From a virus: DNA of 64,000 nt. Under the pieces are notes generated by a model that had not been told where the DNA came from, did no database searches, and worked only from the letters and a program-made list of their open reading frames with translations. This document shows, one piece after another, positions 54,095 through 63,527 of this stretch. The DNA lies in the IMG/VR virus record IMGVR_UViG_2920580016_000001, positions 1,614 through 65,613 of that record. One strand, 5' to 3'. How positions within the stretch are numbered: the stretch's first letter is position 1; each line of letters starts with the position of its first letter. Made by a program: the position numbers and the translations under genes.

Positions 54095-54414
54095 CGCGGC
54101 GGCCCCTCCTCCTGGTCCGCGTGGAGGAGGAGGCCCATCTCGCCGGCGGCGGCCAGGTAGCGGTCGATCGACCGTTTGTTCCGCCCCATTTGCTCGGCGA
54201 TCTCGTACCGGTCGCGCAGGCCCGAGTTGTGCCAGTCGGCGGCCTGCTTGACGAGCGCGTACGCGTCCGGCGTGGTCGGCATCCACGCCGGACGGGTGAC
54301 GGCCTTGACCTCGAAACCGGCGGTGCGCAGCGCCTCCAGCAGCGCATCGGGGGTGGGGTCTGGGCGGGCCAGCTCCTTCGTGAGGACGGCCACGGCTGAT
54401 GTCGTGGTGGTCAT
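54091..54414 (-). CDS. HTH protein
   Basis: EIAEQMGRNKRSIDRYL. Confidence 0.65.
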   Translation of the reverse strand: MTTTTSAVAVLTKELARPDPTPDALLEALRTAGFEVKAVTRPAWMPTTPDAYALVKQAADWHNSGLRDRYEIAEQMGRNKRSIDRYLAAAGEMGLLLHADQEEGPPR

Positions 54415-54417
54415 CTC

Positions 54418-54633
54418 CTACTCCTGGAAGGTGTGGCGGTGGTGGATGTTCGGCTGGTTGGCCAGCCGCCGGGCGGCGTCGAGGTCGGCGACGGTGAGGT
54501 CGCGGCCCTCGATGACCGCCAGCGCGCGGGTGCGGTCCGGGTTCCAGACAGCGACTCGCGGCCTGTCCGGCATGCGCGGTTGTTGGCGGTTCCGCCAACG
54601 ACGCTCGTCGGCGACGTCGGATGGCGTCTTCAC
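54418..54633 (-). CDS. Small hypothetical protein
   Basis: GTGA-coupled to the RuvC-like gene (alternative ATG at 54573). Confidence 0.5.
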   Translation of the reverse strand: MKTPSDVADERRWRNRQQPRMPDRPRVAVWNPDRTRALAVIEGRDLTVADLDAARRLANQPNIHHRHTFQE

Positions 54634-55196
54634 CAGCCCTCCCTGCAGTACAGCTGGATCTGGGCAAGCACGCGGCGGTGCTTGGTGGGGAGCGGAAAGG
54701 CGGGGTGGCCGAGCAGGTCGAGGACGAGCCAGCGCGCCCACGCGGCGTCGCACTCGTCGAAGGAGCGGAACGAGGCGCCCGCGTACTCGTACGCAGCCGC
54801 CGCCATGTCGTGCTTGGATGCGCCGCCCTTCCCGGTGGCGTACATCTTCAGGTGCTTGACGTTGATCACGGCGACAGCGATGCGGTATCTCCAGCAGGCG
54901 AGCCGCACCGCCCCGCCGATCTCGGCGAGCCGGTGCGTGGCCGACGACCGCTTGCTGAAGGCGTAGTCCTCGATCCCGACCGCTTGCACGCCCGTCCCGA
55001 GGAGCGAGGTGACGACGTCTCGTTCGACGTGGTCGGCTCGCCGCATGTCGTCGGCGTACGTCCGCGTCTTCCCCGCGGCTTTGGGCGCGGTGATGAGACA
55101 GGTCCTGCCGTCCGGCAGGGCCAGCCCGGTCTTCTCTGCGGCCTGGTCGAGCCCGGCCACCCGCGGTGGCTGCCCGGCCGGCGGCGAGGTGATCAC
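54630..55196 (-). CDS. RuvC-like Holliday junction resolvase
   Basis: VAGLD...TG, VGIE, LAEIGG, KMYATGKG.A.K, DECDA. Confidence 0.88.
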   Translation of the reverse strand: MITSPPAGQPPRVAGLDQAAEKTGLALPDGRTCLITAPKAAGKTRTYADDMRRADHVERDVVTSLLGTGVQAVGIEDYAFSKRSSATHRLAEIGGAVRLACWRYRIAVAVINVKHLKMYATGKGGASKHDMAAAAYEYAGASFRSFDECDAAWARWLVLDLLGHPAFPLPTKHRRVLAQIQLYCREGW

Positions 55197-55414
55197 TGTC
55201 CTTCTCCCTCCTTGCTCGTGGTATCGATCGCGCGCAGGCCGCGGCGGGCGAAGTCACGCCACTGTTGCTCACGGGCGCGTTGGGCGGCGTCGGCCTGGCG
55301 TACGGCGCGGCTGTGCGCGAGGAGCGCCACCACCGTGACCGTGATCGACGCGAATCCGATCACAGTGGCGAGGTCACGCAGCACAGTCCACGCGGTCCAC
55401 AGCACGTCGATCAC
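55193..55414 (-). CDS. Small membrane protein
   Basis: One TM; coupled. Confidence 0.55.
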   Translation of the reverse strand: MIDVLWTAWTVLRDLATVIGFASITVTVVALLAHSRAVRQADAAQRAREQQWRDFARRGLRAIDTTSKEGEGQ

Positions 55415-55776
55415 GACTCGACCGCCTCCCCCGCTTCGAGCTGGGCGATGCGGGCGCGGAGACGTTCCACCTCGTCACCCGCGTCGTTCGCTCTCGTGTT
55501 CTCCTGGCGCAGCTCGGCCATCAGGCGGGCCTTGTCCTGCATAAGGTCGCCGACCTGCTGGTACGCCTCGCTGTACTGCTGCTTGTAGATGTCAGCCTCT
55601 CGGGCCTGGTCGCGCTTGGCGGTTTCGATCCCGGCGAGAAGCCCGAGAGCCGCCCCGGCCGCGACACCGAGCAGCGTGGCCACGACGGCGAACACGCCTG
55701 GGGCGATGAACGACAGCACGAGCAGCGCCAGATTGGCGCCGCTCACCGCTGCGACCTGCCACGTGGCCAGCTTCAC
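55411..55776 (-). CDS. Membrane protein with a coiled coil
   Basis: Two N-terminal TMs followed by heptads. Confidence 0.65.
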   Translation of the reverse strand: MKLATWQVAAVSGANLALLVLSFIAPGVFAVVATLLGVAAGAALGLLAGIETAKRDQAREADIYKQQYSEAYQQVGDLMQDKARLMAELRQENTRANDAGDEVERLRARIAQLEAGEAVES

Positions 55777-56171
55777 GCCGCGCGCTCCTGGCCGCTGTCG
55801 AGCGCGCCGAGGACCTGATCGAGGGTGCGGCCCTTGGTGTCGTTCCAGTTCGTCAGCCAGAACTTCGGGCAGAGCTCGTCGTCCTCGGGGTTGCGCCCCA
55901 GGCTGGTGGCGATCTCGTCCATGAGGTTGTGCGCAGCGTCCCAGCGGGCCTTGAAGGCTGCGCGGCCCATGACCTCGATGTCGCTGCGCCGAGGCTTGGC
56001 GCGGGCCAGCGCATACGGCGGGAGCCCGGCGCCGCGGCCGATCGCTTCGACCAGACAGCAGCCGGTCTTGCCGGGCCGGTTGCTGGCGTAGTTGTTCTGA
56101 ATCCAGCCGTCGCGGCGCAGCACGCCGATGGCGGCCGGGCGAATCGTGTCAGGGCTGACGGTGGTGGTCAT
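55773..56171 (-). CDS. Phage hypothetical protein (GWxQ...CL..A...WND...RT family)
   Basis: Recurrent actinophage motif; AAAGGA RBS. Confidence 0.7.
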   Translation of the reverse strand: MTTTVSPDTIRPAAIGVLRRDGWIQNNYASNRPGKTGCCLVEAIGRGAGLPPYALARAKPRRSDIEVMGRAAFKARWDAAHNLMDEIATSLGRNPEDDELCPKFWLTNWNDTKGRTLDQVLGALDSGQERAA

Positions 56172-56494
56172 GCGGGTTCCTTTCGAGGGGTGATTCCTGC
56201 GTTGGCCAGGTCTTCTGGTGTGCACGGGGCGACGCCGATCTCCTGGCCGGGGTGGTCGCGAACGGCCCGCTCGAACACGTAGCTCACGTACGCGAACGGC
56301 AGCGGCCGGTCGGGCCGGAGCGCGACCTTGTTGACGAAGACGAGCCAGAACGGGCCCGGCTCGCGGCTGTAGTCGATCGCGTCCAGGTCGGGGCTGCCGT
56401 CGTCCCGGACCGCGATGGCGTCCAGCACGGTCACGGACAGGACCTCGGTCGTATCGTCGGCGGGCCGAACGCTCACCATCACGTCGTTGTTCAC
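56168..56494 (-). CDS. Hypothetical protein
   Basis: GTGA/ATGA-coupled. Confidence 0.55.
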   Translation of the reverse strand: MNNDVMVSVRPADDTTEVLSVTVLDAIAVRDDGSPDLDAIDYSREPGPFWLVFVNKVALRPDRPLPFAYVSYVFERAVRDHPGQEIGVAPCTPEDLANAGITPRKEPA

Positions 56495-56943
56495 GCTCTC
56501 TGGCCCTCCCCGCCGGCCGCCCGCCCCTGCACGCCGAGGAAACCGAGCGGCGGCATCTGGCACGCCTCCATCGCGGGCAGGTGCGTGCCGTTGACCTCGT
56601 GGACCGGGCCGAGCACCGGGTCCACGACAGCGATCCGCGCGCAGTGGCACACGAGCGTCGGCCGCGACTCCTCATCCGACTCTCGAGACTCGTCCTTACC
56701 GACGAGGGCGAGGAGCTGGTCCCGGCTGCGGACCAGGTCCGCGAGGTGCTTCTCGGCGGCGGCCCTCTCCTTGTCCAACTCCAGCTCGACGGCGATGCGG
56801 CGGGCGTCGAGGTCGGCGATGTGCCGCTCGGCGCCCGCGATAGCGCCGTCCACCTGCTGGAGTCCCTGGGTGAGGAAGTTGCGGACGGCGGGCGTGTAGG
56901 TGTCGGTCGTGCCGGTCTGCTCGGGGAGGGTGTCGATCGACAT
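56491..56943 (-). CDS. Coiled-coil protein with C-terminal CxxC/H/C
   Basis: AAAGGA RBS. Confidence 0.65.
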   Translation of the reverse strand: MSIDTLPEQTGTTDTYTPAVRNFLTQGLQQVDGAIAGAERHIADLDARRIAVELELDKERAAAEKHLADLVRSRDQLLALVGKDESRESDEESRPTLVCHCARIAVVDPVLGPVHEVNGTHLPAMEACQMPPLGFLGVQGRAAGGEGQRA

Positions 56944-57030
56944 CCGAATGTCCTTTCTCAAGGGGTTGGGGGGTGTTGGGGCCGGCCGAGCGCCCCCGCC
57001 TCGTACGTGCTCAGGGCGCCCGGCCGGGGG

Positions 57031-58740
57031 CTATTGGGAGGCCGCCTGCGCCTGCGCGGCGACGGCCTGCCTGTACATCTCCGGCGTGACCTGGCCCTTG
57101 CCGGGGTCCGCGCTGAGCGCCTTGAGGAAGCCGTCCAGGTGGACGTTCGACACCTCGGCCAGCTTGGTCACCGGCTGCTTGCTGCGCCGTCTGGTATTGC
57201 TGTTGACCCACAGGCACACGGCGGGCGTCAACTCGTCCTTGGTGCCGCCCAGGTCGGTCCACACGGTGACGATCCGCAGTTTGAGGTCCTCGCAGCGGGC
57301 CTGCGCGAGCCGGTCGAGCTTGGCGATCGCCTCGTCCGCCTTCGCGGCGGTGAGCTGAGCGGTGGAGGTGACCTGGACATTGCAGTTGTTCAGCAGCCAC
57401 AGGAAGCGGTCGTTGCCGGTGATGCCCGCCTCGCCGAACACGGTGTTCAGCTTGGTGAGGGTCGCGCGGTTGGCTCCGCCGATTGGCCGCCCCTGCGGCT
57501 GCTCGGGAGCGGCCGGAGCCGGCGCGGGCTCCGCCTCGTGAGCGGGCTCAGGAACGGGCTCGGCGGCAGGAGGCTGCGCGGTTTCCTGCGGCGGATTCTC
57601 CGCAGCCGGAGGAGCCTGCGGGGCCGGAGCATCGGCCGTCTTCCCGTTCAGGAACAGGCCCTTGGTGACGGCGTCCTGCACCTTTGCGATCTCGTCGCGG
57701 TTCAGCTCCTTCGGGTGGTTGACCTGACGCTCCAGGACCCTCGACGCGTAGGCGAGCATCGCGGGGCCGGTGACGCCCTTGGCCGTGAGCGCGCTGCCCA
57801 GCGCGTCCAGTAGCTCGGCTTTGGTCGGCTCGTCCGTCCCCTGGTCGGCGGCCGGGCCATCCACGCGTTCGGCGATCAGCCGGATGACGGAGCGGGGCCG
57901 CGGCGCCTGTTCCTGGCCGCCGCCGTTCTCGTCGGCGGCGTCGCCGTCGTCGTCGTCGCGGCCGGGGTGGACGGTGACCTGCATGATGTCGGCGTGTGGG
58001 TCGTCGTCGGTGCGGGTGCCCTCGTCGGCGTACGCGGCGGTGACCAGGTCGATGGTCTGCGGCAGCAGCTTCACCAGCCGCGCCCGGATCATCGTCTTCT
58101 TGCCCTGCTCGTCGAATTCGGGCGAGAACTCGCCGTGCTGGTACCAGGGGCCGCCGCTCTTGGTCAGGGCGTGCTTGTTGCGGTGGCGGACCATCTGCGC
58201 GTGCGTCATCGGCTCGGTGACATGGAGCTCGCCCCGGTACTTCGCCATCGCGAAGTAGTCCACGGTGGGACGCTCGTCACGGCGGGGGTCTCGCCGGTTC
58301 GGCTTGTACCGCACGTGCCACTCACCGTCGAACCACGACTCGAATGCGTCGCCCTCCTTGACGACGTACGCGCCCATGAGCGTGGTGGCGGGGTCGCGGT
58401 AGCCGATGTCCGTGAAGCCCTTGTAGCCGACGATCAGCGTGGCATCGAGCCGGTAGTCGGCGTTCTTGTTCTTCATCGGGATCAGCCAGGCGTGGCCGAG
58501 CGCGGGGACGTGCGGGCGCAGGTTGAGCTGCGCGCACGTCACCAGCCCGCCGATCACGCTGGGGGCGTAGACGTTGGCCAGGTCGGGGTTGTTGGCGAGC
58601 GCGTTGCGGGCGTCCTGGAGGAACCGCTCGACGCGGACACCGGGCGGCAGTGCCTCCCGGAACACCAGCTCGTAGTCGGTGATCGTGTCGTCCAGCTTCG
58701 CGAGCTGTTCCTTCTGCCTGGGGGTGAGTTCAGCGCCCAT
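57031..58740 (-). CDS. recT: RecT-family single-strand annealing recombinase with a long C-terminal extension
   Basis: CAQLNL.P...LG.AWLIP, GYKG...., V.EGD.F, W....D...KKT motifs; paired with YqaJ. Confidence 0.88.
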   Translation of the reverse strand: MGAELTPRQKEQLAKLDDTITDYELVFREALPPGVRVERFLQDARNALANNPDLANVYAPSVIGGLVTCAQLNLRPHVPALGHAWLIPMKNKNADYRLDATLIVGYKGFTDIGYRDPATTLMGAYVVKEGDAFESWFDGEWHVRYKPNRRDPRRDERPTVDYFAMAKYRGELHVTEPMTHAQMVRHRNKHALTKSGGPWYQHGEFSPEFDEQGKKTMIRARLVKLLPQTIDLVTAAYADEGTRTDDDPHADIMQVTVHPGRDDDDGDAADENGGGQEQAPRPRSVIRLIAERVDGPAADQGTDEPTKAELLDALGSALTAKGVTGPAMLAYASRVLERQVNHPKELNRDEIAKVQDAVTKGLFLNGKTADAPAPQAPPAAENPPQETAQPPAAEPVPEPAHEAEPAPAPAAPEQPQGRPIGGANRATLTKLNTVFGEAGITGNDRFLWLLNNCNVQVTSTAQLTAAKADEAIAKLDRLAQARCEDLKLRIVTVWTDLGGTKDELTPAVCLWVNSNTRRRSKQPVTKLAEVSNVHLDGFLKALSADPGKGQVTPEMYRQAVAAQAQAASQ

Positions 58741-59668
58741 CGGGGTCTCCTTCCAGGGCGGGAAGCTTGATCTTGTGGAGGTTCCGGACCGCCTGCACGT
58801 GCGGGTGCGGTCCTCGGTTACGGCGGCGGGTGGCGATGACCTGGCCGTTCAGGTACGCCTTCTTCGCTCGCCCCATCTCGTCGGCGATGGCCGCCTTGGC
58901 GCCCAGCAGCTCCTCCTCGGCCGCGGCGGCGGCGAGCTCGGCCTTGACGTAGCGGACGCCGACCGGGTCCGAGACGCTGACGGACAGGTCCTCGTCGATC
59001 TCCGGGTGTGCAGCGCGGAGCGTCCGGTAGGTGTGCGGGTGGTGGTCGAGCGGCGGCATGATGCCCCACAGCAGGTTCGTGCGGAACTCGGCCGCCTGCT
59101 CAACCAGCGCGCGGGCCGCCTCGGGGTCGTACTCAACGACGTACTCGGCGAACTCGAGGCCCGGTCCGATCATCGGCACGTACCAGCGCTCCAGGCCGAA
59201 GATGTGCATGTACCACATGACCTGCACCCAGTACGGGAGCGGGATCTCGTCGGTGCCGGGCTCGCCCCACTCGTCGCGGTAGCGGGCCGACTTGTACTCG
59301 CCGCCCGCCACGAGCCGGCCGCGGTGGTAGCAGAGCGCGTCGGGGTTGGTGAGCATCCACCCTCTGGCGTACGTGCCGGGGTGGTCCACGATCTCCCACT
59401 CCGGGTGGAGCTTGCGGAAGTACGCGGCGAGGGACGGTTCGAGGAGGTGGCCACGTTCGGCGTCCTCACCGGCCTCCTCGCGCTCAACCTGCCCGGTCAG
59501 GACCATGGCGAGCCCGTACGGGGACATGAACGTGTTGGCTCCTAGCGCGGTGGCCACGTCGGTGCCGCCCATGCGCGGTCCGTCGTCGGCCATGCGGGTG
59601 GCGAGCCATTCGGGGCTGCCCGGCTCGAACCGGCCGAGCAGCTCCGGCGTTGCGGTGATGGTGGTCAT
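58730..59668 (-). CDS. YqaJ-like (lambda-exonuclease family) recombination nuclease
   Basis: GSPEWL..R, GG.DVA..LG...F.SP, G..LEP, .PD, E.K, Y..QV.WYM. Confidence 0.9.
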   Translation of the reverse strand: MTTITATPELLGRFEPGSPEWLATRMADDGPRMGGTDVATALGANTFMSPYGLAMVLTGQVEREEAGEDAERGHLLEPSLAAYFRKLHPEWEIVDHPGTYARGWMLTNPDALCYHRGRLVAGGEYKSARYRDEWGEPGTDEIPLPYWVQVMWYMHIFGLERWYVPMIGPGLEFAEYVVEYDPEAARALVEQAAEFRTNLLWGIMPPLDHHPHTYRTLRAAHPEIDEDLSVSVSDPVGVRYVKAELAAAAAEEELLGAKAAIADEMGRAKKAYLNGQVIATRRRNRGPHPHVQAVRNLHKIKLPALEGDPDGR

Positions 59669-60144
59669 TAGAACGGCGGCTCGTCCGTGAAGTCCGGGTG
59701 CTGCGGCTTGGGCTCTGGCGGCGGCCAGCCCTTGCGAGCGATGAGCCGGAGGTCGGGGGCGTGCGCGAGCAGGACCTGCACGTCCTCGTAGCAGTAGGCG
59801 TCGCCGCCGTACACGCCGTGGGGGCAGCGGTCGTTCTCGTTGACCAGCCGGATGCCGACCACCACACCCTCTTCGTCGTTGATCGCAATGGCGAACCAGC
59901 GGTGTCCGTCGCCGTCCCACACATCCCCGACCTCGATCGGCCAGTTCGAGGGCGGGACGGGCGTGACCGTCACGCCGACGTGGTCGAGCGGGATGTGTAG
60001 AACGGTGCTGGTCTGGGAGCCGTTCGGGCCGACGAGCTTCACGGAGATGTCGGTGGTGCCGCCTCGCTCGGCAATGGTGCCGACGACAAGGGCGTTCTCC
60101 AGGGTGATGTTGTAGCGGCGGCCGGTGTCGTAGTAGGTGCTCAT
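59668..60144 (-). CDS. Hypothetical protein (ends DEPPF)
   Basis: WP...GDVW.......WFA; acidic SSB-like tail. Confidence 0.65.
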   Translation of the reverse strand: MSTYYDTGRRYNITLENALVVGTIAERGGTTDISVKLVGPNGSQTSTVLHIPLDHVGVTVTPVPPSNWPIEVGDVWDGDGHRWFAIAINDEEGVVVGIRLVNENDRCPHGVYGGDAYCYEDVQVLLAHAPDLRLIARKGWPPPEPKPQHPDFTDEPPF

Positions 60145-60149
60145 CGCGG

Positions 60150-60332
60150 TCAGGCCCCCTGCTGCTCGGTGAGGACGGCGCGGGCCTCGTTGACGTACCT
60201 GGCGGCGGCCTGAGCTCCGACCTGGTCGATGAGCATGTCGAGCGCGGTGGTGGCGTGGGGGCAGTCGAATGGGCTGCTGGCGATGACGAGTGCGAGGTCT
60301 GCGATGCGCTCGTCGGCGCGGCTGGGCGTCAT
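60150..60332 (-). CDS. Small protein, first gene of the early leftward operon
   Basis: GGGAGAG RBS; follows the palindrome at 60351. Confidence 0.55.
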   Translation of the reverse strand: MTPSRADERIADLALVIASSPFDCPHATTALDMLIDQVGAQAAARYVNEARAVLTEQQGA

Positions 60333-60645
60333 GCGTCTCTCCCTGAGAATCGTTGGCGGTTCCGCCAACGGGTTGGGTGCGGATGTGGCGTTTCCGCTTG
60401 GCGGTGGTGGTGGTCGCGAGACTTGTTGATCTTGCTTGAGCATGTCTCGCGACACCTCCAGCGTACGCCTTTGAGACGCGACTGTCACGCTCTGGTCGCG
60501 TCGATCGCGCCGCTCATTTGCCAGTGCATCAAGATCAACCAGTCGCCGTCAGTGATCTTGACAGGAGACGTGCAGACGCGACCGACGCCCACCCGTTTGA
60601 TACGCTCGCGTCGATCCCGACCGCCACAAGGGGGATACCGCAACC

Positions 60646-61161
60646 ATGCCCGCCACCCGACAGACCCGCCTCAGCCCCGAAATGGCGCTCATCACCCGCT
60701 ACCGCAAGCGCGAAGGCACCCCCGAACCCGAGATCGGGTTCAAACCGGCCGCCCGGAAGATCGCGGTCGCGTCAGGGGATCGCCACCTCGTCGCCGAGCA
60801 ATACTGGCGACGCCGCGAACACGGCGAAGTTCAGCGCGTGGACGACACCCCACTCGCGTGGATGGCCTGGGCCGTGGATGTCCCACCCGACGAGCTCGCC
60901 GCCACCGGCCGCACCGAAGCCGCCGACCTCCTCCGCCAGATCATCGCCGACCAGGACGCCAAAGCCGCCCAGGCGCCCGACCGGCTCGAACTGTCAGAAG
61001 AACTCCTCCAGCAACTCGTCCGCCAGCGGATGGAAAAGGTCCGCAGACTGCACGGCATCACCGAAGAGGATTGCGAGCGGATCGAGAAGTTCTTCCGGCA
61101 GCGCATTCAGCAGGCGTTCGACGACACCGAAGTCCGGATCGAAGCGCTCACCCGCCGCTGA
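60646..61161 (+). CDS. Putative immunity repressor (degenerate XRE HTH)
   Basis: Divergent from the early operon; AA..I....(W)RRRE.G....LA.MA.AV.V.PDEL...GR.EAA.LL pattern typical of actinophage repressors. Confidence 0.65.
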   Translation: MPATRQTRLSPEMALITRYRKREGTPEPEIGFKPAARKIAVASGDRHLVAEQYWRRREHGEVQRVDDTPLAWMAWAVDVPPDELAATGRTEAADLLRQIIADQDAKAAQAPDRLELSEELLQQLVRQRMEKVRRLHGITEEDCERIEKFFRQRIQQAFDDTEVRIEALTRR

Positions 61162-61176
61162 CCCCCTCCCCCGGGG

Positions 61177-62130
61177 TCAGTTCATCCAGCGGGTCGCCGC
61201 GTGCCTGATCAGCTCGTTCCGGGACCGCACCCCGGCCCGCTCTTGCAGGTCGGCCAGCCGCCGCTGCACCGTGCGCACCCCTAGGTCGGTGATCCGCGCG
61301 ATCCGCTCGTTGGTCGCGCCGGAGACGAGCAGCCCGATGATGTGCCGCTCCTCCAGGCTGAACTCCTCACTCAGGACATCGTTCCCGCCGACCAGCGGCG
61401 TCGCCTCCGCCCAGCACTGCTCGAACACCATCTGGTGGGCGATCAGCTCCGTGCCGCCCGTGATCAGATAGGTTGACAGCCTGTCAGCGGCATCCCTCGG
61501 GTAGGCGGGCACGAGTGCGCGCTCCCCGTCCGCGATGATCAGCTTGTATGGGAAGGACGCCGCGATGCGGATCTCCGCGTTCGGCAGCGCCATGTCGTTG
61601 CGGATGCCGTCGAGCGCCCGGTCGTCGTCCACGACGGCCTGCTCGTAGATGACGCGGAGATGGGGCGTGCGGATCGTTCCATCGTCGTCGCGGCGGGCGT
61701 CGTCGTCCGGGGCGTGCACGGTGGTGAGCCTGACGAACGGTGCGGTGATGAACTTGTCCAGCGTGCGGACCGCGTTCAGCTCCAAGTCGTCCATGCACGT
61801 CTTCAGCTGGACGCGGGACGTCAGCAGCGTCACCGGGCCGGTACTGGCCGGCCGGTGGGCGAGGTCGTAGAGCTCCTGAAGCTCGGCCACCCTCGCCTTG
61901 GCCGCGAACAGGCTGGCCTCCTTCTCCCGGACCAGCCGCTGGAACGCCTGATCGGGTCGGCGGACGTCCAGCGGGTCCCCGGCGACCAGGCCGAGCCCGC
62001 GCAGCCTCTCCACCGCGTCGGCCGCCTCGTCGCCTAACTGGCCGACCAGGGTTTCCATGCTGGTGTGCGGGTTCGCAGCCAGGTGGCGGTACACCTGCTC
62101 CTCCTGCGCGGTCATGCCCAGCGGTGTCAC
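61177..62130 (-). CDS. LuxR-type HTH regulator with an N-terminal wHTH and a TrmB/PLD-like middle domain
   Basis: E..VY..L; P.KLIIAD...AL; F...W..A.PL; LL.SG.TNE.IA...LG.RTVQRR. Confidence 0.85.
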   Translation of the reverse strand: MTPLGMTAQEEQVYRHLAANPHTSMETLVGQLGDEAADAVERLRGLGLVAGDPLDVRRPDQAFQRLVREKEASLFAAKARVAELQELYDLAHRPASTGPVTLLTSRVQLKTCMDDLELNAVRTLDKFITAPFVRLTTVHAPDDDARRDDDGTIRTPHLRVIYEQAVVDDDRALDGIRNDMALPNAEIRIAASFPYKLIIADGERALVPAYPRDAADRLSTYLITGGTELIAHQMVFEQCWAEATPLVGGNDVLSEEFSLEERHIIGLLVSGATNERIARITDLGVRTVQRRLADLQERAGVRSRNELIRHAATRWMN

Positions 62131-62153
62131 GTGATGCCTCCCCGTAAGGTCCT

Positions 62154-62450
62154 TCAGCCCCGTTCTGCGTCCCAGCTATAGGTGACGCTGGAGTGACGTA
62201 TGAGGTTTGCGTCGGTTTGTCCCCAGCGGTACAGCGTGCGCCAGGTGCGGGCCCATCGCACCTCGGCGACAAGCCGGACACCGGCATGAAGGGGCAGCAG
62301 CAGCCAGACGGCGGCGAAGGCGCGCATCTCGAGGCTGAGCGGACCGCCGCAGTAGGCCCGCAGTAGGGCGAGGGCGGCCAGCCCTGCGACGAGGGTCATC
62401 GCGTGGGCTGGCCAGCGTGAGCGTGTGGTCATGTCGGGGGTGTTCACCAT
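62154..62450 (-). CDS. Small membrane protein
   Basis: Two hydrophobic segments; coupled to the upstream gene. Confidence 0.5.
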   Translation of the reverse strand: MVNTPDMTTRSRWPAHAMTLVAGLAALALLRAYCGGPLSLEMRAFAAVWLLLPLHAGVRLVAEVRWARTWRTLYRWGQTDANLIRHSSVTYSWDAERG

Positions 62451-62788
62451 CCGCCCTCGTTGCCGTTGGTCTGGGCGGGTTGCTGGGTGATGGTGACCGT
62501 GGTGGTGGTCTCCGTGACGGTGCGGGTGATGGTCTTGGACCCGTCGGGGTGAGTGACGGTTTCCGTCTTCTCCGTCTTGGTGGTGGTGACGGTCGGCTTG
62601 GCCGGTGCCGTGGTGGAACTGGCGGACGGCGTGGTGGTAGTCGTCAGGGTGGGCGCGGGGGTGATCGTCGTGGTGGTGGAGTCGTTGGGTTCGACGGGGT
62701 CGGCCGCGGCGGTCAGGGTGGCGAGGGCGAGTATCGTTCCGGCGCACACGAGGCTGATCTTGCGGACGCGCCCGGCGAGACTCTTCAT
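62444..62788 (-). CDS. Secreted Thr-rich protein
   Basis: Signal peptide MKSLAGRVRKISLVCAGTILALATLTAAA; poly-Thr; GGGAG RBS. Confidence 0.65.
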   Translation of the reverse strand: MKSLAGRVRKISLVCAGTILALATLTAAADPVEPNDSTTTTITPAPTLTTTTTPSASSTTAPAKPTVTTTKTEKTETVTHPDGSKTITRTVTETTTTVTITQQPAQTNGNEGGW

Positions 62789-63043
62789 GGACTGGTCACT
62801 CCCTGTCATGGATGTGTGCACGCAATTGCGTGCATGGGACTGATGTAAGCCGGAGTGACATGTGTAAACGCCGGTGTCATGTCGTGTCCATGGGTTCCCG
62901 TGGCCGGACCGTGCCATGGCGCATGTCGGCCACGCAGGCCGTAACTATCCAGCATCAGGGCATATCGCGGCAGTGCCACACATGGGATACGGTGAATCCC
63001 GCCATTTTGTAAGGATTCTTACCAGCATGGAGGGGGCCCGCCG

Positions 63044-63367
63044 ATGAACCGGCCAGTTCGTATCCGCAGCGTCACTGTTAGCGTCACCATCGTCGCGGTC
63101 GCCGCGATAGCCGTCGTACTCTTCGACACCGCCGACCAGCTCAGCCCGGCCGCGCTCCTCGCCGTCGCCGGACTGATCGTCGCAGCCGCCGCAGGAGTCC
63201 TGTACGACGCCCTACGCCGGCCCCAGCCGCGCCCGCCCCTGTCGGAGGCATACCAGCGCGGCTTCGACAGTGTTTACCCCGCAGGGGGTACACACCGAAT
63301 CCTCACAGACCCTCACATAGAGCCTGGATCCAGCCCCACAATTCAGCCGTTTTTGAGGAAAACTTAG
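63044..63367 (+). CDS. Two-TM membrane protein
   Basis: GGAGG RBS; two hydrophobic helices. Confidence 0.6.
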   Translation: MNRPVRIRSVTVSVTIVAVAAIAVVLFDTADQLSPAALLAVAGLIVAAAAGVLYDALRRPQPRPPLSEAYQRGFDSVYPAGGTHRILTDPHIEPGSSPTIQPFLRKT

Positions 63368-63527
63368 CGATCCAAGTTTTACGTCAAATGCCTGGACGAC
63401 CCCCGAGAAGCACACCTAACGTGAAAGTAGTCATCGCGCCCAAAAGGTGAATCGCCGAAGGAATCGGACGGTGATGTGAAGAGAATTGCAAGCTAGACGA
63501 GCCTGCTCTACGCAAGGGAGTTCTCTC

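Larger units (their letters stand above)
12535..60370. repeat. Dispersed palindrome family CGTTGGCGG(AA/TT)CCGCCAACG, 11 copies
   Basis: Copies start at 12535, 17027, 25771, 31899, 34661, 36308, 41187, 45901, 47970, 54581 and 60351. Confidence 0.9.
884..62130. mobile_element. Prophage (siphovirus-like actinophage); boundaries not determined
   Basis: Complete, ordered lysis-tail-head-packaging-replication-recombination-repressor modules. No att repeats recognised. Confidence 0.93.

Noticed and set aside
12535-60370. Palindrome family as a CRISPR array or integron attC sites
   Set aside because: Copies are kilobases apart and irregularly spaced, there are no cas genes, and they do not flank each small gene or show attC structure.
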